DNA from: Lama guanicoe
Lineage: Eukaryota
DNA: 64,000 bases
NCBI GenBank assembly: GCA_013239625.1
Contig: MU054391.1
Span: 1,610,711-1,674,710 of the forward strand
Reading direction: 5' to 3'
Below are positions 43,375-56,090 of this stretch, one piece after another (within the stretch, counting starts at the first letter, position 1; the number at the start of each line of letters is the position of its first letter). The notes under the pieces were generated by a model. It saw only the letters and a list, made by a program, of their open reading frames with translations. It was not told where the DNA came from and ran no database searches. The translations under genes were made by a program, and so were the position numbers.

Positions 43375-44979
43375 CTAGAGCGGGGGGGGCCATGAGTCTG
43401 CGGGGCCCCCGGGCCCCCGAGCCCAGAGTGGAGCGGGCAGACAGGCGCTCCGGGAAGACGAGGGACCTGACTCGAGGTGTGAGGGGCAGGGGCCAGAATG
43501 TGCTGGGAAGCCTGTCCTGAGCGAGCAGCACTCAGCCCGGGCCGGCCGCACAGCCAGTGCTTCATCCGTAATCACCCACTCAGGGGCTGTCTCCTCCATC
43601 TGACAGACGAGGGAATGTGACTCAGAGAGGCTAAGCCACCAGCCCAACGTCACACAGCTTGGATCTGTAGGGCCAAGTTCCCACACAGATATGCTGGCGC
43701 CTGCTCTTAACTCACCACACACGGCAGTCACGCTGATCATACACAGTCTGTCACATGATCACAGGTACTCACCATCACGGGATCACACACACACGGCAGT
43801 CACACTGATCGCACAGGCGGATCAGAAGCCACATGTGCACCTGAGGGCGGCCATCACCATCTCCATACACACTTTCTATTTGCTCAAATCTCCTTCTGTG
43901 TCTTTCAGGTCTTTATCCTCCTGACTTTTTATAATAAAAGTATTGAAACATGCAGAAAAGATGGAAGAATTTTACAGTGAACACCCACACAGCCCTCACC
44001 ATGGAACTTTGACTCCACCTGCCTTGTTACAGCCCCCCACCTCTCGGCCTCCTTCCTGCACAGGAGCGTTTGAAAGCTTTCCCTGTATGATATTTACAAA
44101 TTTCTGGAAAATCCGTAAGTGTTTGGAAAACCACCACTTACAACAAGAGCAAAGATACTCGCTGAGATCGGGAAAGCAGACAAGCCTGGAACACGCCGAT
44201 CCGGGAGGTCAGAGGTGACCACTAAAGAGGCAGGGACGTGTCCGGGGGGCCAGAGCCATGGAGAGGCCCCCAAGCGCCACGCCTGGAACCATCTGAACGT
44301 CAAAATGGATCACGGCAGCACAGACCACAGACCCAAGGAAAAGAGGGCTCACATCCCACACTGATGCAAATCGACAAGAGAGAACAGCGCTCCTGTGACA
44401 GAAAGCCGACGCCACCCCGGAGGGTGACAGCGGGAAGGTCACCGCAGTCACAGCCAGGCATGTGACACAGGCAGGCATCATCTAGAGTCACTGAAAACAC
44501 TGAGTCAAAGGTTGACAGGAAACAGATATTCAGCGTTGAAAAGTAACTGTCCACAACCTCTTTCTAGTCACAGAGGGAAGACGGTCAACAGAGAACCTGC
44601 TGGACTGCGGCGTAACAAGCGCACCGTCAGCGGCGACGGCCTCGGACAGCCGGTGCCTCCCGGCGGCGTGCGCCGGGCAGACAGGACACCATCTGTGCAG
44701 GATTCCTGCCAAAAATGCCCACCCCGAGCCTGACCGCCAGGAAACCCAGGACAAACACGAGAGGAGCAGAAAATGAGGAAGTCTGCCTCAGAAAAAGAAG
44801 GGCAACGAGCCTCCACCAGGAACCGGGTTCTACTCCAGGAGAGACGCTGTTCCAGGCGGTGACGACGGTAACAGCCATCCGATGAACCCCTAACGTCAGC
44901 TGTGCGTGAGCCCCTCCGCGCAGGCGAAGCGCTGCTGGGAAGACAGGAAATCTACGTTCCAAGTGAAAACACACCGCTT

Positions 44980-45120
44980 GTTTTTTCCTTTTTTTGTTTT
45001 CGTTCTTTGGGGGGGAGGTGATGAGATTTGTTTGCTTTTATCTAGTGGAGGTACCGGGATCAGACCCAGGACCTCGCGTGCGTTGAGCGTGCGCTCTACC
45101 ACTGAGCTACACCCTCCCCG
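44980..45120 (-). mobile_element. tRNA-Ala-derived SINE (Vic-1-like)
   Basis: ggaggtaccgggatcagacccagg...ctctaccactgagctacaccctcccc. Confidence 0.85.
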
Positions 45121-47894
45121 CTGAGAACCACCATTTAAATCCAAGAGAATCTCGTGACTCGTTAGAACCCTCAGTGAAAAACGCCGTCATTTTGTAAGGT
45201 ATTACAATGCGTGCGCTCTAATCGGCGAGGAAAGTTCCACACAGTAAGGAGATGAGACCCAGACAGCACCTCTGCCTTTAGACGTCAGTGTTACAGCACG
45301 GCTTCCACTCTCAGCTCAACGTGCCCGTGCTGTCTGACCGACTTAGACGTTCTTTTCAGACACACGCCCAGAAGACGCCAAGCTAGTGGAGAAACCGCCT
45401 GGGTCGAGGGAGCCTTCACGGTGGGTCCAGCAGGAAGAGCCTGGGCCAGGAGGACCTGGGTCTGGGCTGGCTTTATCAGCATGACCACGGGAAGCGATCA
45501 CTCAAGAGGCTAAAACCGAGTGACCTGAGGCCGCAGCCTCACAGCTCAGAGCTCAGCAGGACAGAGAAAGGAAGGGTCAGGACAACGCAGCTGCCAAGTT
45601 TCGTCAAGAAAGCAAAATTCTGAGGCAGCGTCCATCTCACTGTCCTTTCACGAGGGAGTCACCCGCTGCTGAGAAGGCAAAGACAACCATCTCAAAAGCA
45701 AGGGCCTGTTACCTGAATACATTCAGCCTTACTAAGACCTTTCTGCATCTGTTTCTCACCTCGCCACAGGTCAGTGAGCGTCTTTATTAATCAGCACTTG
45801 GGAATCACCACAAAACTAAGAACTTCAAAAAGTCCTGACTTCCACGTCCACAGAAGGTGGGTTAGCAGAAACTGGATGTCCCCTCCCACCTCCAACTATC
45901 ACAACAAACAGAAGACATGACATCATGGTCCGCAAGACACCAGATGTCAGGAGAGGGAAGAACGTGAGCCATGACACAGCCAGCAGGTGACTACACCCTG
46001 CACCTGCTCTAGTCTGCCCCTGAGAGCGCTCCCAGGCAAGCGCCCCGAGCTGAACAGCAGAGCGGAGAACCTGAGGAGACCAAGGGAGCTAGTGTGCAAG
46101 ACAGAGAGCTTCACAGAGAAAATCCCAAACACCTGCAGAGGCCCTCCCCCTCCGTATTCACCTGATGGCCCTGCTCAGTACAGGCCTGTGTGCAGGAAAA
46201 TCACCTGAGGCTGGGGAAAGGACCATTCAGATTCTTCAGGATTAGAGGTAACAGCGCCCGGCACTCACACAGGTCCAGGAATAGTGCCCGTCCCCCCAGC
46301 CAGGCTGGAAAACCTCACTGTTCATGAGGCTTTGTGTGGTGTACACAGAGGAACTATTCCTCAGTCCTGGGGCACAGTTAGCTGTAGGCTGAGCGCAAGT
46401 GTGGTCTACCTAAACATCTAAAAGAAAGACCCAAAAGGATCCAGTTGTTTCTAATAATTGTTTCTTATGTGCCTCCCAGAACAAAACTCAAAGACTATTT
46501 ATACCAATAAAACAATATCCACACCCAAGAGAACAAAAACACAACGTCTGGCATCCGATCAAAGATTACCAGACATTCAAGAAAGCACAAAAACATGACC
46601 TTTAATGAGAAGATAAATCAATCAACCAAGACCAGTCAGACTTGACACAGAAAAGGACCCTTAAGACAATTATTACAATTATATTACATATGCTCAAAAA
46701 GTAAAATAAAGACACTGAAGATTAAAAAACAAAAAGATCCCAAACTGAGCTTCTGGAGATGAAAACTACATCCAAGATGAAGAAAGCACTGGATGGGATG
46801 AATCACAGATTAGACGTTGCAGCAAAAAAGATCAGTTTGAAGAAAAGAGTAGTGAACTTAAAAACCTAGCAACAGATACTATACAACACAAAGCACACAG
46901 AGAAAAGAGAATGGAAACAATGAACAGAGTATCAGGGCGTTATGAGACAATTTCAAGCGGCCTAATGAACATGTAAACTATTTTTGCATAATTATACACA
47001 AAAGGGAGGGGGCAGAAAAAATACTTAGGAGATAATGGCTGAAATTTTTCCTCATCAATTGAAAACGGTACACCCACACCCAGGTCATTCAACAACACAG
47101 AACTGTGCAGAAAACTACACCAAGTACATCTTAATGAAACTGCTCAAAACCAAGGATAAAGAGAAATTCTCAAAAACAGCAAGAGAAAAAAGGACACAGT
47201 ATGTAAGAGGAGCAAAACTAATAATGACAGCACGTTTCTCATCAGAAACAACACGCACGAGGAGACGTGGAGCAGCACTGTTAAAGCACTAAAAGCAAAA
47301 CTGCCAACCTAGAATTCTGAACCCAGAAAATGTATTTCACAAATGAAGGTGCTCAAAGCCTCTGGCACCTACAGCTACAGCAAACACTGAGCACAGCGTG
47401 ACTCACACCCAGGCAACGCACACCACTACACTGTTTACCTCAGTTCTTAAAAGACACAGCACTCGAGCTTTGACCAAAAATGACAAGGCAGCTAAAAGTT
47501 AAGGAACAATACAGTCTGAAGAGACAAAGCAATCATGAGAACCAGACTGGAATATGACAAACATTTTGGAATTACCAGAAAAGGAATTTAAAACAACTGT
47601 GATTAATATGCTAAGGGCTCTAGTGGGAAAAGCGGGTAATAAGCAAGAACACTTGGGCAACGTATGCAGAAAGACAGAAACTCTGACAAAGAATCAAAAC
47701 AAAACAGAACAAGAATGCTAGAGAGTAAAAACACTGTCACAGAAATGAAGAATGCTTCTGATGGGCTCATTACTAGACTGGACACAGTGGAGGAGAGAAT
47801 CAGTGAACTTAAAGATACGACAGAAGAAAATTCCCAAACTAAAGTGCAAAGAGAGAAAAAACAAGAAAACATCCAAAAACGAAAACGGCCAAGA

Positions 47895-48020
47895 ACCATG
47901 GAATAATTACAAAAGGTGTACCATGGAATAATTACAAAAGGTATATATACATATATACACACACACATACATACATACATATACACACACACAGACACAC
48001 ACACACATACATATATATAT
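47895..48020. repeat. 23-bp tandem duplication followed by a (TA)/(CA) compound microsatellite inside an L1
   Basis: accatggaataattacaaaaggt at 47895-47917 and 47920-47942, then tatatacacac... Confidence 0.85.
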
Positions 48021-49706
48021 AATTGGAATACCAAAAATGGAAGATGAGAAAAGGAACAGAAAAAACATTTGAAATAATAATGGCCAAGGACGTTCCAAAA
48101 TTAATAACAGACATCAAACCACAGGTCCATGAAACTCAGAAAACACCAAGAATACTAAATACAAAAAAATCTACTCCTAGGCTTGTCATATTAAAATTGC
48201 AGAAAACAAAAGAAAAAACAAAAATCATGAAAGAAGCCAGAAAGAAAAAAGCACCTAACCTATAGAGGAACAAGGCTAAGAATTACCTCAGATGTCTCCA
48301 AAACCATGCAAGCAGGCAAGAAAAACATCACCCACCTAGAACAGTATACCTGGTAAAATTATCCTTTAAAAGTGAAGGAGAAATAAAGGCTTTCTCAGAC
48401 AGACAAAAACAGGGACTTTGCCACCAGTACACCTCCCTTTCAAGAAATGTTGAAAGAATTTCTCAAATGGAAAGGAAAATGATATAGGTCTAAAACTCAA
48501 ATCTACATAAAGGAAGGAAGTTAAAGAAATAAGAGTTTTTAAAATTTTTCATTTTCTAATTCTTAATTGATCTATTAGATAACTGTTCAAAATAATAATA
48601 GTAACAGTGTATTGGGTGATTATGACATAACAGTAAGTGAAATGAATAACAGCAATGTTATAAAGGATAGAGCAATTGTTAACACTTAGTTATACGGTAA
48701 ACGTATCCTGCAAACTCTAAGGTAACAACTAAAAACATTTTTTTAATGGTAAGCTAAGAGGAGAAAAAAATAAAATCATATAAAATGCTCAATTAAAACC
48801 AGACAAGGCAGAAAAAGAGGGGAGGATTTTTTAAACAATAAAGGAAAATGTAACAAATTAAAAGTTACAAATATGGTAGATAACAATCCAGCCATATCAA
48901 TAATCAATTTAATGTGAATTGGTCTAAATCCATCAACTAAAAGACAGAGACCCTCAGAACAGACAAGAAACAAAAAACAAAAAACATCTCAACTATATGC
49001 CGTCTACAGGAAACCCACTTTAAATATAAATACATAAATAGGTTAAAAGTGAAGATCTGGAGAAAGATGCACCATGTTAACACTAATCAAAAGGAAGATT
49101 AAGGAGCTACATTACTTTCAGTCAAAGCCAACTTCAGTACAAGGGAAAGCATAAGAGATGAAGGTGTATATTATATAATGACAAAGGAGTCAACTCTCTA
49201 AGAGTATATGACAATCTTGAACACGTATGCATCTAACAACAGGGCCTCAAAATACACAAAGCAAAACCTAACAGAACTTTGAAAAGAAATAGACAAATCC
49301 ACTGTTATCGTTGGAGTTTCAACACCACCCATCAGTAAATGACAAGTTCGGCAGGCAGAAAATCAGTAAGGATACAGCTGAACTGAATAGCAGATACAAT
49401 CGACATTCAAGAATACTTCAACCGACAACAGCCCGAACACACATTCTTCTCAAGCGTACATGGAGCATTCCCCAAGATGGACTACATTCTGGTCTATAAA
49501 ACAAGTCTCAACATATTTACAAGGGCTCAAATCATACCAAATACATTCTCTCACTGCAGTGGAACTAAATTAGAAAGCAATAAAAGACAAATCTCTGGAA
49601 AAGTCCCCAAATAACTGGAAACCAACACATATCAAGAAAACCATATGGTTCAAAGAAATCAAAAAGGAAATTAACTTGAAGGAAATTAACTTCTAAACTG
49701 AATGAA

Positions 49707-49831
49707 GGGGAGGAGGGTATAGCTCAGTGGTAGGGTTCATGCTCAGCATGCATGAGATCCTGGGTTCAATCCTCAGTATCTTCATTAACCAAAAAAAAAA
49801 AGAAGAAGAAGAAAACAAAAGTAAATAAATA
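49707..49831 (+). mobile_element. tRNA-Ala-derived SINE nested in L1, TSD aaactgaatg
   Basis: ggagggtatagctcagtggtag...gggttcaatcc; direct repeat at 49695-49704 and 49832-49841. Confidence 0.88.
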
Positions 49832-50637
49832 AAACTGAATGCAAATGAAAATACCAAACAAAATCTGTGTGATGCCACTAAAGTAGCACTCGGGAACATT
49901 TACAGCACTGAACACCTACATTAAAAAGAAAGGAAGGCTTCAAGTTAATGACCTCAGCATCCACGTTAGGAAATTCGAAAAAGAAGAGTAAATTAAAACC
50001 AAAGTGAGTAGAATAAGGCAAATAAAGACAAGGAAAATAAAGACAAGGAAGCAGAGAACAGAAAAACAGAAAACCAGCAAAACCAAAAGTCCTCTGGGAA
50101 GCTCAATCAAACTGATAAACCTCTAGCCAGACTCTGGAAGAGGACAGAGGGCACGCAAATTACCAACATCAGGAATGAAGGCGGCAGCACTACAGATTCT
50201 ACAGACACTTTAAGGATAATAAGGGAACATTCTGAGTAACTTTATGCCAATAAATCTGACAACTCAGATGAAATGTACAAATGCCCTGAAAGACACAAAC
50301 TACTTAGCTCATTCAAGATGACACAGCTAATCTGGATAGTCCCACAGCTAGTAAAGAAACTGAATTCAGAGCTAAAAACCTTCCCGGAGCAAACAGAGCT
50401 CCAGGCCGACACCGCTCCACGGGCTGATCTGCCAAACGCTTAAGGGAAAAATAAAACCATCCTACACAAACTCTGCCAAACAAACTGAAACGGAGGGACT
50501 ATTTCTCAGTTTATTCTATGAGGCCAGCATTACTCTGATACAAAACCCACATGAAGACATTAATAAAGAAATAAAAGCTTGTGTTTATTGGTAACATATA
50601 ACGACTCCCCTTTCCAAGTAACCCAGCGCTCCCTTAC

Positions 50638-50757
50638 CTTCTCTTCATAATTTGGCAGCTTGTCTTTGCATATGGTTATTATGTCCATCCAGGAATAGTT
50701 TCTCTCTTTTCGGATCTTTTCTAGTTCTGGGTCATTCTCGTATTTGTCAGCATCCAG
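50638..50757 (-). CDS. ADI1: ADI1 exon 2: [40 protein letters not shown]
   Basis: Minus-strand cttttAG acceptor and AAG|GTaagg donor; 120 nt; translated by hand. Confidence 0.96.
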
Positions 50758-52180
50758 CTAAAAGAGTTTAAACAGCAACAGAAAGGAGGTCACGTGAATA
50801 CAGAGACACACAGAAACATTCTCTTTCTGCATCTCCAGTATGATCACATTCCAGATTTACCACCCAGTCCTTTGTCAGTCCTAAACCAACCTTTCTGCCC
50901 CTCCTTCCCCTATTTCTTTTTAATGGTTTTCTCATTGTCCGAAACAGCTTTAAAAACGCAGTTCTGTTTAATTCCCTCCTCCCTTCCCTCCAACAGTCCT
51001 TCCTGGGGGATTGTTTTCTAATTCCGGTTCCACTGCCCGAGCCCAGGTGAAGCTCTCACCACCTCAAGCCTGTCCAAGGGAACCGCCGCCGCAGCCACCA
51101 CCACCACCACATCCTGTTCCTCCACCGCCAATCCACCCTGGAAGTATAACTGATCTCTACAGCATTTCCCTGGGACAAAACGTCTGAAGCCCTCAGAGCC
51201 TACCAATAAAACCCACGTTCATCAGGCGGAGACGAGAGGCCTTCTATCGCCAGCCCCAGCTTTTTTTCTCTGTCCCTATTTTCTGTTTTTAATAAAATCT
51301 CTATTCTAAACCAAACAGGATTATGTGCTGCTCTTCAGAAATACTGGGTGCTTCACGGTCCCCCCACCCTTGCAAAGAATTTGGCTTATTTTGCCTTATT
51401 TTGCAATGAAATGCATATTCTACCACAACTACTGAGCAGCAAACTCCAGAGCACCTCAAAATACTTGTCAACAATACATTAACTCCTACAAAGACGACTC
51501 CCAAAATTAGCCCTTCTCCACGTGACACACACTGCGCTAAAACAATCCACCTCACACTGCGGCTGTGTGACAGCTCCCTACGGCCCAGCGTGTCCCTGAC
51601 AGCAGAGCCACAAAGACGCTCGTCTGTCGCCACTGGTCAACCACGGCTGCTACTCAGTAAAAACGCACAGAGGAAACAAAGCCGCCCTTTGACGGCCCAC
51701 TGCCTCGTGCTCAGGGCAGAGCTCGCAGGGAGGAGAACCGGGTTTGCGCTCATGGACAACTCAAAAGACGCCTTTTGAAACATCTTGTCTCATCCTCGGA
51801 TACGTTCTGGCTCTTGAGCTCAGACGGACGAGACCCCGAAGTGCAGTAATGCGAGCCTCCTGATTGCTGGACTGAAGATAAACCAGAGTTTACTGTAGAG
51901 CACACTTACTTTACTCTCAGAAGGACATGACGCTGCTCTGGGGGCCGCGCGGCCCCGTGGGCTCCGCGGGGCCTCGCGAGGGGCGCCCACCGCAGCCGGG
52001 GGGCCCCGGACCCTCTTCCCGCCCCGCCCAAGGCGCCAACTCTGCCCGGCCGCGCACGAGCCCACCCCGCCGTCCCGACAGGGTCCGACCTCCCCGGCGG
52101 CAGCCCACGACGCCGCCCGCCCCGGACCCTCCACGTGCCGACCCCTCACACCCCCCCAAACCGTCGCGCGAAGTCGGCCA

Positions 52181-52382
52181 CCTGCTACCGAGCATGCGCG
52201 GCGTGCCCCGATGCCAGCAACCCGGCTCCGCTACCGAGCATGCGCAGCGCGCCCCGAGGACAACCACGCGGCCCCGCCACTGAGCATGAGCAGCGAGCCC
52301 CGAGGCCAACCGGACCTGCCACTGAGCATGCGCAGCGCGCCCTGAGGCGAAGAACCCGGCCCCGCCACTGAGCATGCGCAGC
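52181..52382. repeat. ~45-bp minisatellite (4 full units plus 1 partial), each with an NRF1-like GAGCATG(C/A)GC core
   Basis: Units start near 52181, 52226, 52272, 52315 and 52360, all with gc(t/c)ac(c/t)gagcatg(c/a)gc. Confidence 0.85.
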
Positions 52383-52493
52383 ACGTCGCGGCCTGTCCCA
52401 CGAGGTGTGCGCGGGAGCTCAGAGGACCTGAGAGGAGGCGTGTCCCGCCCGCCCGGGGCACCTCCCCTCACGCGACCGCCGGGCCCCGCGTAC

Positions 52494-52613
52494 CTTCCAG
52501 TAAAGGACGCCGAGCCGGCGCAGCTGCTCCAGGCCTACCGGGCGGTTTGGCTCCGCGCGGTGGGGCAGCCTCGGGTCGTCGGCCGACTCGTCCATGTACC
52601 AGGCCTGCACCAT
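52494..52613 (-). CDS. ADI1: ADI1 (acireductone dioxygenase 1) exon 1 [43 protein letters not shown]
   Basis: ATG in gccATGG Kozak context inside a CpG island; AAG|GTacgc donor; 120 nt. Confidence 0.97.
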
Positions 52614-53451
52614 GGCCGGGCCGGGGACGCTGCGCGCGACCTGCTCCCGGACCTGCGCTGGCGGGACTCTGACCCCCAGAGCTGTAACCCCGGACCTGCC
52701 CCCCGGGCCGCCCCGCCCCTCCCCTCCCCCACCTCCCCGCCGACCCGGGGCGGAGCCGGGGCCTGGGAGACGCCCCCCCCCGTGGTGGGGGCCTTAACCC
52801 GCGCGCCCGCGGGGAGGGCGGGGAAAGCGGGCGGGACGGCGCTCGGAGGCCCCGGGACGCTGCGGGCTTCCCTGCCCGCGGGCGGGCTCCGGGGCACGGC
52901 GCGTGTCCCCGAGGGCTGCCCGCGGACTCGGCTCAGGCCTGGAGACAACACGGAGCTGAGCCAAAGTGGGGCAAACAGTCCACCCGTTGCTGTCAATAGA
53001 GGGGGAATTTGGAGTCTGTGTCTGTCCTGGCCCTCGGTGAACGGGCCGTCCCCAGCCTGCGTCATCCGGGGGAGGGACCGCTTCGCAGGACACACGGTGG
53101 GGGATACTTGGCCGGCACTGTTTCCCAGGTGCCGGGGCTTGGGAAAATTCACCATCGGAAAGCGCCGCAGATGTCTCCGGCGGTTGACGCGACAGCCCCT
53201 TGAACATCCAGAAACAATCTTGGGACACAATTTCTGTTGAGATTAAACAATTTATGTTTTACAATAAAGAAAGCAAATGCCCCCAAAAATGATTTTTGTT
53301 AAGCGGATGCCACCGCTATAGGACACAGCTGTGGCTTGAAGCCATATCAAGTCACGACAGAGGACCCCAGGCGTCACGCAGGGTGGGATACTGTGCTCCT
53401 CACCATCCTCCGGGATTTACAGTATCAACAGTCTGTGGATACTACCCTTTG

Positions 53452-53600
53452 GTTTTATTGTTTTATTTTACTAAATTTTGGGCGGGGGTCATTAGGTTTT
53501 TTTAATTTATTTTTATTTTAATAGAGGTACTGAGGATTGAAGCCAGGACGTCGTGCATGCAAAGCATGTGCTCTACCACTGAGCTATACCCCTGCCCCCT
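53452..53600 (-). mobile_element. tRNA-Ala-derived SINE (Vic-1-like)
   Basis: gaggtactgaggattgaagccagg...ctctaccactgagctataccc. Confidence 0.85.
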
Positions 53601-53949
53601 ACCCTTTAACTTTAAATTGCCTCCTTTTCCCTCTTTTCATCCTGTCTCCCTTCCTCATATAATGTTATGTCCTAGAATAAAAACAAGCTTCCCCTTCCCA
53701 GTCCTTGAATTTCTAATCAGTTTAGTTGAAAAGGGGGGAAAATATCCAGCTGGTCAGTAAGTCTGGGTTTTTATCTCTGCAAAGCAATCATCAGAAAAGA
53801 TCAGGTTATGTCAGCCATTCACCCCAGTCTCTAATAGAATCAAGAAACTAGAAGACCTCTGGGACTGAAGGCAGACTGCTGTAGGTCAGCACATCCCCAA
53901 AGCACAGATGGACTGGAACCTCCAGGAGTCCTGTGTGGAAAGCGCCCAT

Positions 53950-56090
53950 GTACTGCAGCTCTGTTCTCTGGCTCCAGGGACTGCAGATACCGCTCCTGCA
54001 TCCTCGTTAGCCCGCCTCTCCAGCCCTTTACTTGACAGTAACCGCTCATCCTTCAGGATCCCACCTTGGACGTCGCTCCGGTTTAACTTCTGCACTCTGC
54101 ACCTCCTGCTCTCCTTACCCCGCCCCAGTAAAGCTGCGGTTCTCACCACTCCCCGTGTGGCCAGATCCAAGCCCGCACTTCTGTCCTTACCAGCAACTTC
54201 ATCACAGCCACCCCCTTCCTGGTCCCTCACTCCCTCCCAGTTCTTCTTCCTGCTCTGCCCAATGTGACCAGAACACTGTGAGTGTCCCAGGGCTCTCCTT
54301 GTCCTGTTCCATCCACACACACGAGGTGTCCTTCTGTGGTCCATGGTATGCTGATGCCTCCCACATCCACACCCCAGCCTGCACCTCTCGAGAACCCGGC
54401 TTGAGTGTCTAACTTGGCATTGCCACGTACACAGCTAATAAGTACGTCCAAACTAACGCGACCAGAACATACACACGTGTTTGTCCCCAGCTTTTGCCGA
54501 CTCCATGAACAGCGGCAGCAACCACCCAGCGCCCTAATCTGGAAGTCTAGGCTTTCCCTGTTTCCTCTCCTTCAGCCTCAACATCGAGTCCAAGCTACCA
54601 GCAAACCCTGTGGATTTGACCGTCAGAACACATCACAAGTCCACTCACTTCTCTCTGTCCCCACTCCTCCTCTTCTTGCCTGGTGGCGCTGACTACTGAG
54701 ACTGACAGCCTGCTTCCACCTTTGCTCACTGCGATCCATTCTATGCAGAGCATGCATTTAAAAACAGAAGCCATGCAAATCAAAACTACAATGAGGTATC
54801 ATCTCACACCAGTCAGAATGGCCATCATTAAAAAGTCCACAAACGATAAATGCTGGAGAGGGTGTGTAGAAAAAGGAACCCTCCTACATTGTTGGTGGGA
54901 ATGTAAATTGGTGAAGCCACTATGGAGGACAGTATGGAGGCTCCTTAAAACACTAAAAATAAACTTACCATATGATCCAGCAATCTCCCTCCTGGGCATA
55001 TATGGGGGAAAAAAATTCGAAAAGATACATGCACCCCAGTGTTCACAGCAGCACTATTTACAATAGCCAAGACATGAAAACAACTTAAATGTCCATTGAC
55101 AGATGACTGGATAAAGATGTGGTATATTTAAACAATGGAATACTACTCAGCCATAAAAAATGAAAGAATGTCATCTGCAGCAATGTGGATGGACCTGGAG
55201 ATCATCATAGTAAGTGAAGTAAGTCAGACAGAGAAAGAAAAATACCATATGATATGACTCATATGTGGAATCTAAAAAAAAAAAGACACAAATGAACTTA
55301 TTTACGAAACAGAAACAGACTCACAGACAGAGAGAACAGATTTACAGTTACCAGGGTGTAAAGGAGGTGGGAAGGGATAAATTGGGAGTTGGAAATCTGC
55401 ACCCCTTGGGGAGGGATGGACATGTGAGCTGTCTTGATTGTGGTGGTAGTTTCAGGAGTGTATACATCTATCGAAATCCGTCAAGTTGTACATCTGACAG
55501 ATGTGTAGTTTACTGTACGGAAATTATACCACAACAAAGTTGTTTTTAAAAAATAAAGAGGAATGAAATTGGAAAAATGAAAATTAAAAATAATAAATAA
55601 ATAAAAACAGAAACTGGGTCATGTCACTTCTCTGGTTTAACCCTCCTCCCTCTGTCCTGGCTCGTGACGTGCCCCCACCCCCGGCTTGCTCTCTGCCCTG
55701 CGAACACCCTGGCCTCCTTCCCTCCAGGCCTTTGACAAGCAGCTTTCCCACCTTCCTAATCTCGTCCTTCTTCCGAGAGTTGTCTGCCGTCCTGCGTCCC
55801 TCCATCCTCAGCTTAAATACCCCTTCCTTAGAGAGGTCCTTTCTGACCCCTCCCTGCTTGGCTGAGGAGGTCTCCCTGTTAGACAAGTTCCTGGCGCTTA
55901 TTTGTGCTGATTTATCTGGCTAACGTGTCCCCCCCAGGACTGTCAGCCCCGTTTATGGTACCTGCAGCATGAATGCACTTGTATTGCCGATGACTATTTT
56001 GTATCTTGGGGCCAGAGAGTGTCTTACTAGTCTAACAATGTCCAGTACCTGGTACATTAAATTAAAAAAAAGAAGTTTGCTGAATGAAAA
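53950..56090 (+). mobile_element. Degenerate L2 LINE interrupted by the L1 at 54770-55602
   Basis: Pyrimidine-rich L2-like tracts, gtcatgtcacttctctggtttaaccctcc, and an L2-like tail ending gtttgctgaatgaa. Confidence 0.6.
54770..55602 (+). mobile_element. L1 3' fragment (ORF2 C-terminus plus 3' UTR) with TSD aaaaacagaa, inserted into an L2
   Basis: ORF 54683..55066 contains [22 protein letters not shown]...; TSD at 54760-54769 and 55603-55612. Confidence 0.9.

Larger units (their letters stand above)
45830..50570 (+). mobile_element. Old L1 block in ADI1 intron 2: 5' region, two ORF1-like segments and an ORF2 endonuclease-region remnant
   Basis: A-rich plus strand; ORF1-like peptides (47035..47292, 47664..47906, 48023..48265); ORF2 EN-like sequence near 48880-49600. 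Confidence 0.85.
51930..53200. promoter_or_regulatory. ADI1: CpG island and promoter of ADI1 with GC boxes
   Basis: Very high GC and CpG density spanning exon 1; Sp1-type CCCCGCCC and GGGGCGGAG boxes at about 52710-52760. Confidence 0.85.

Noticed and set aside
52181..52382. Repeat-spacer appearance resembling a CRISPR array
   Set aside because: Mammalian DNA with no cas genes, and the intervening segments resemble each other; it is a minisatellite.
52374..53240. 288-aa and 231-aa ORFs over the ADI1 promoter
   Set aside because: CpG-island ORFs with low-complexity Pro/Gly/Arg/Ala composition.
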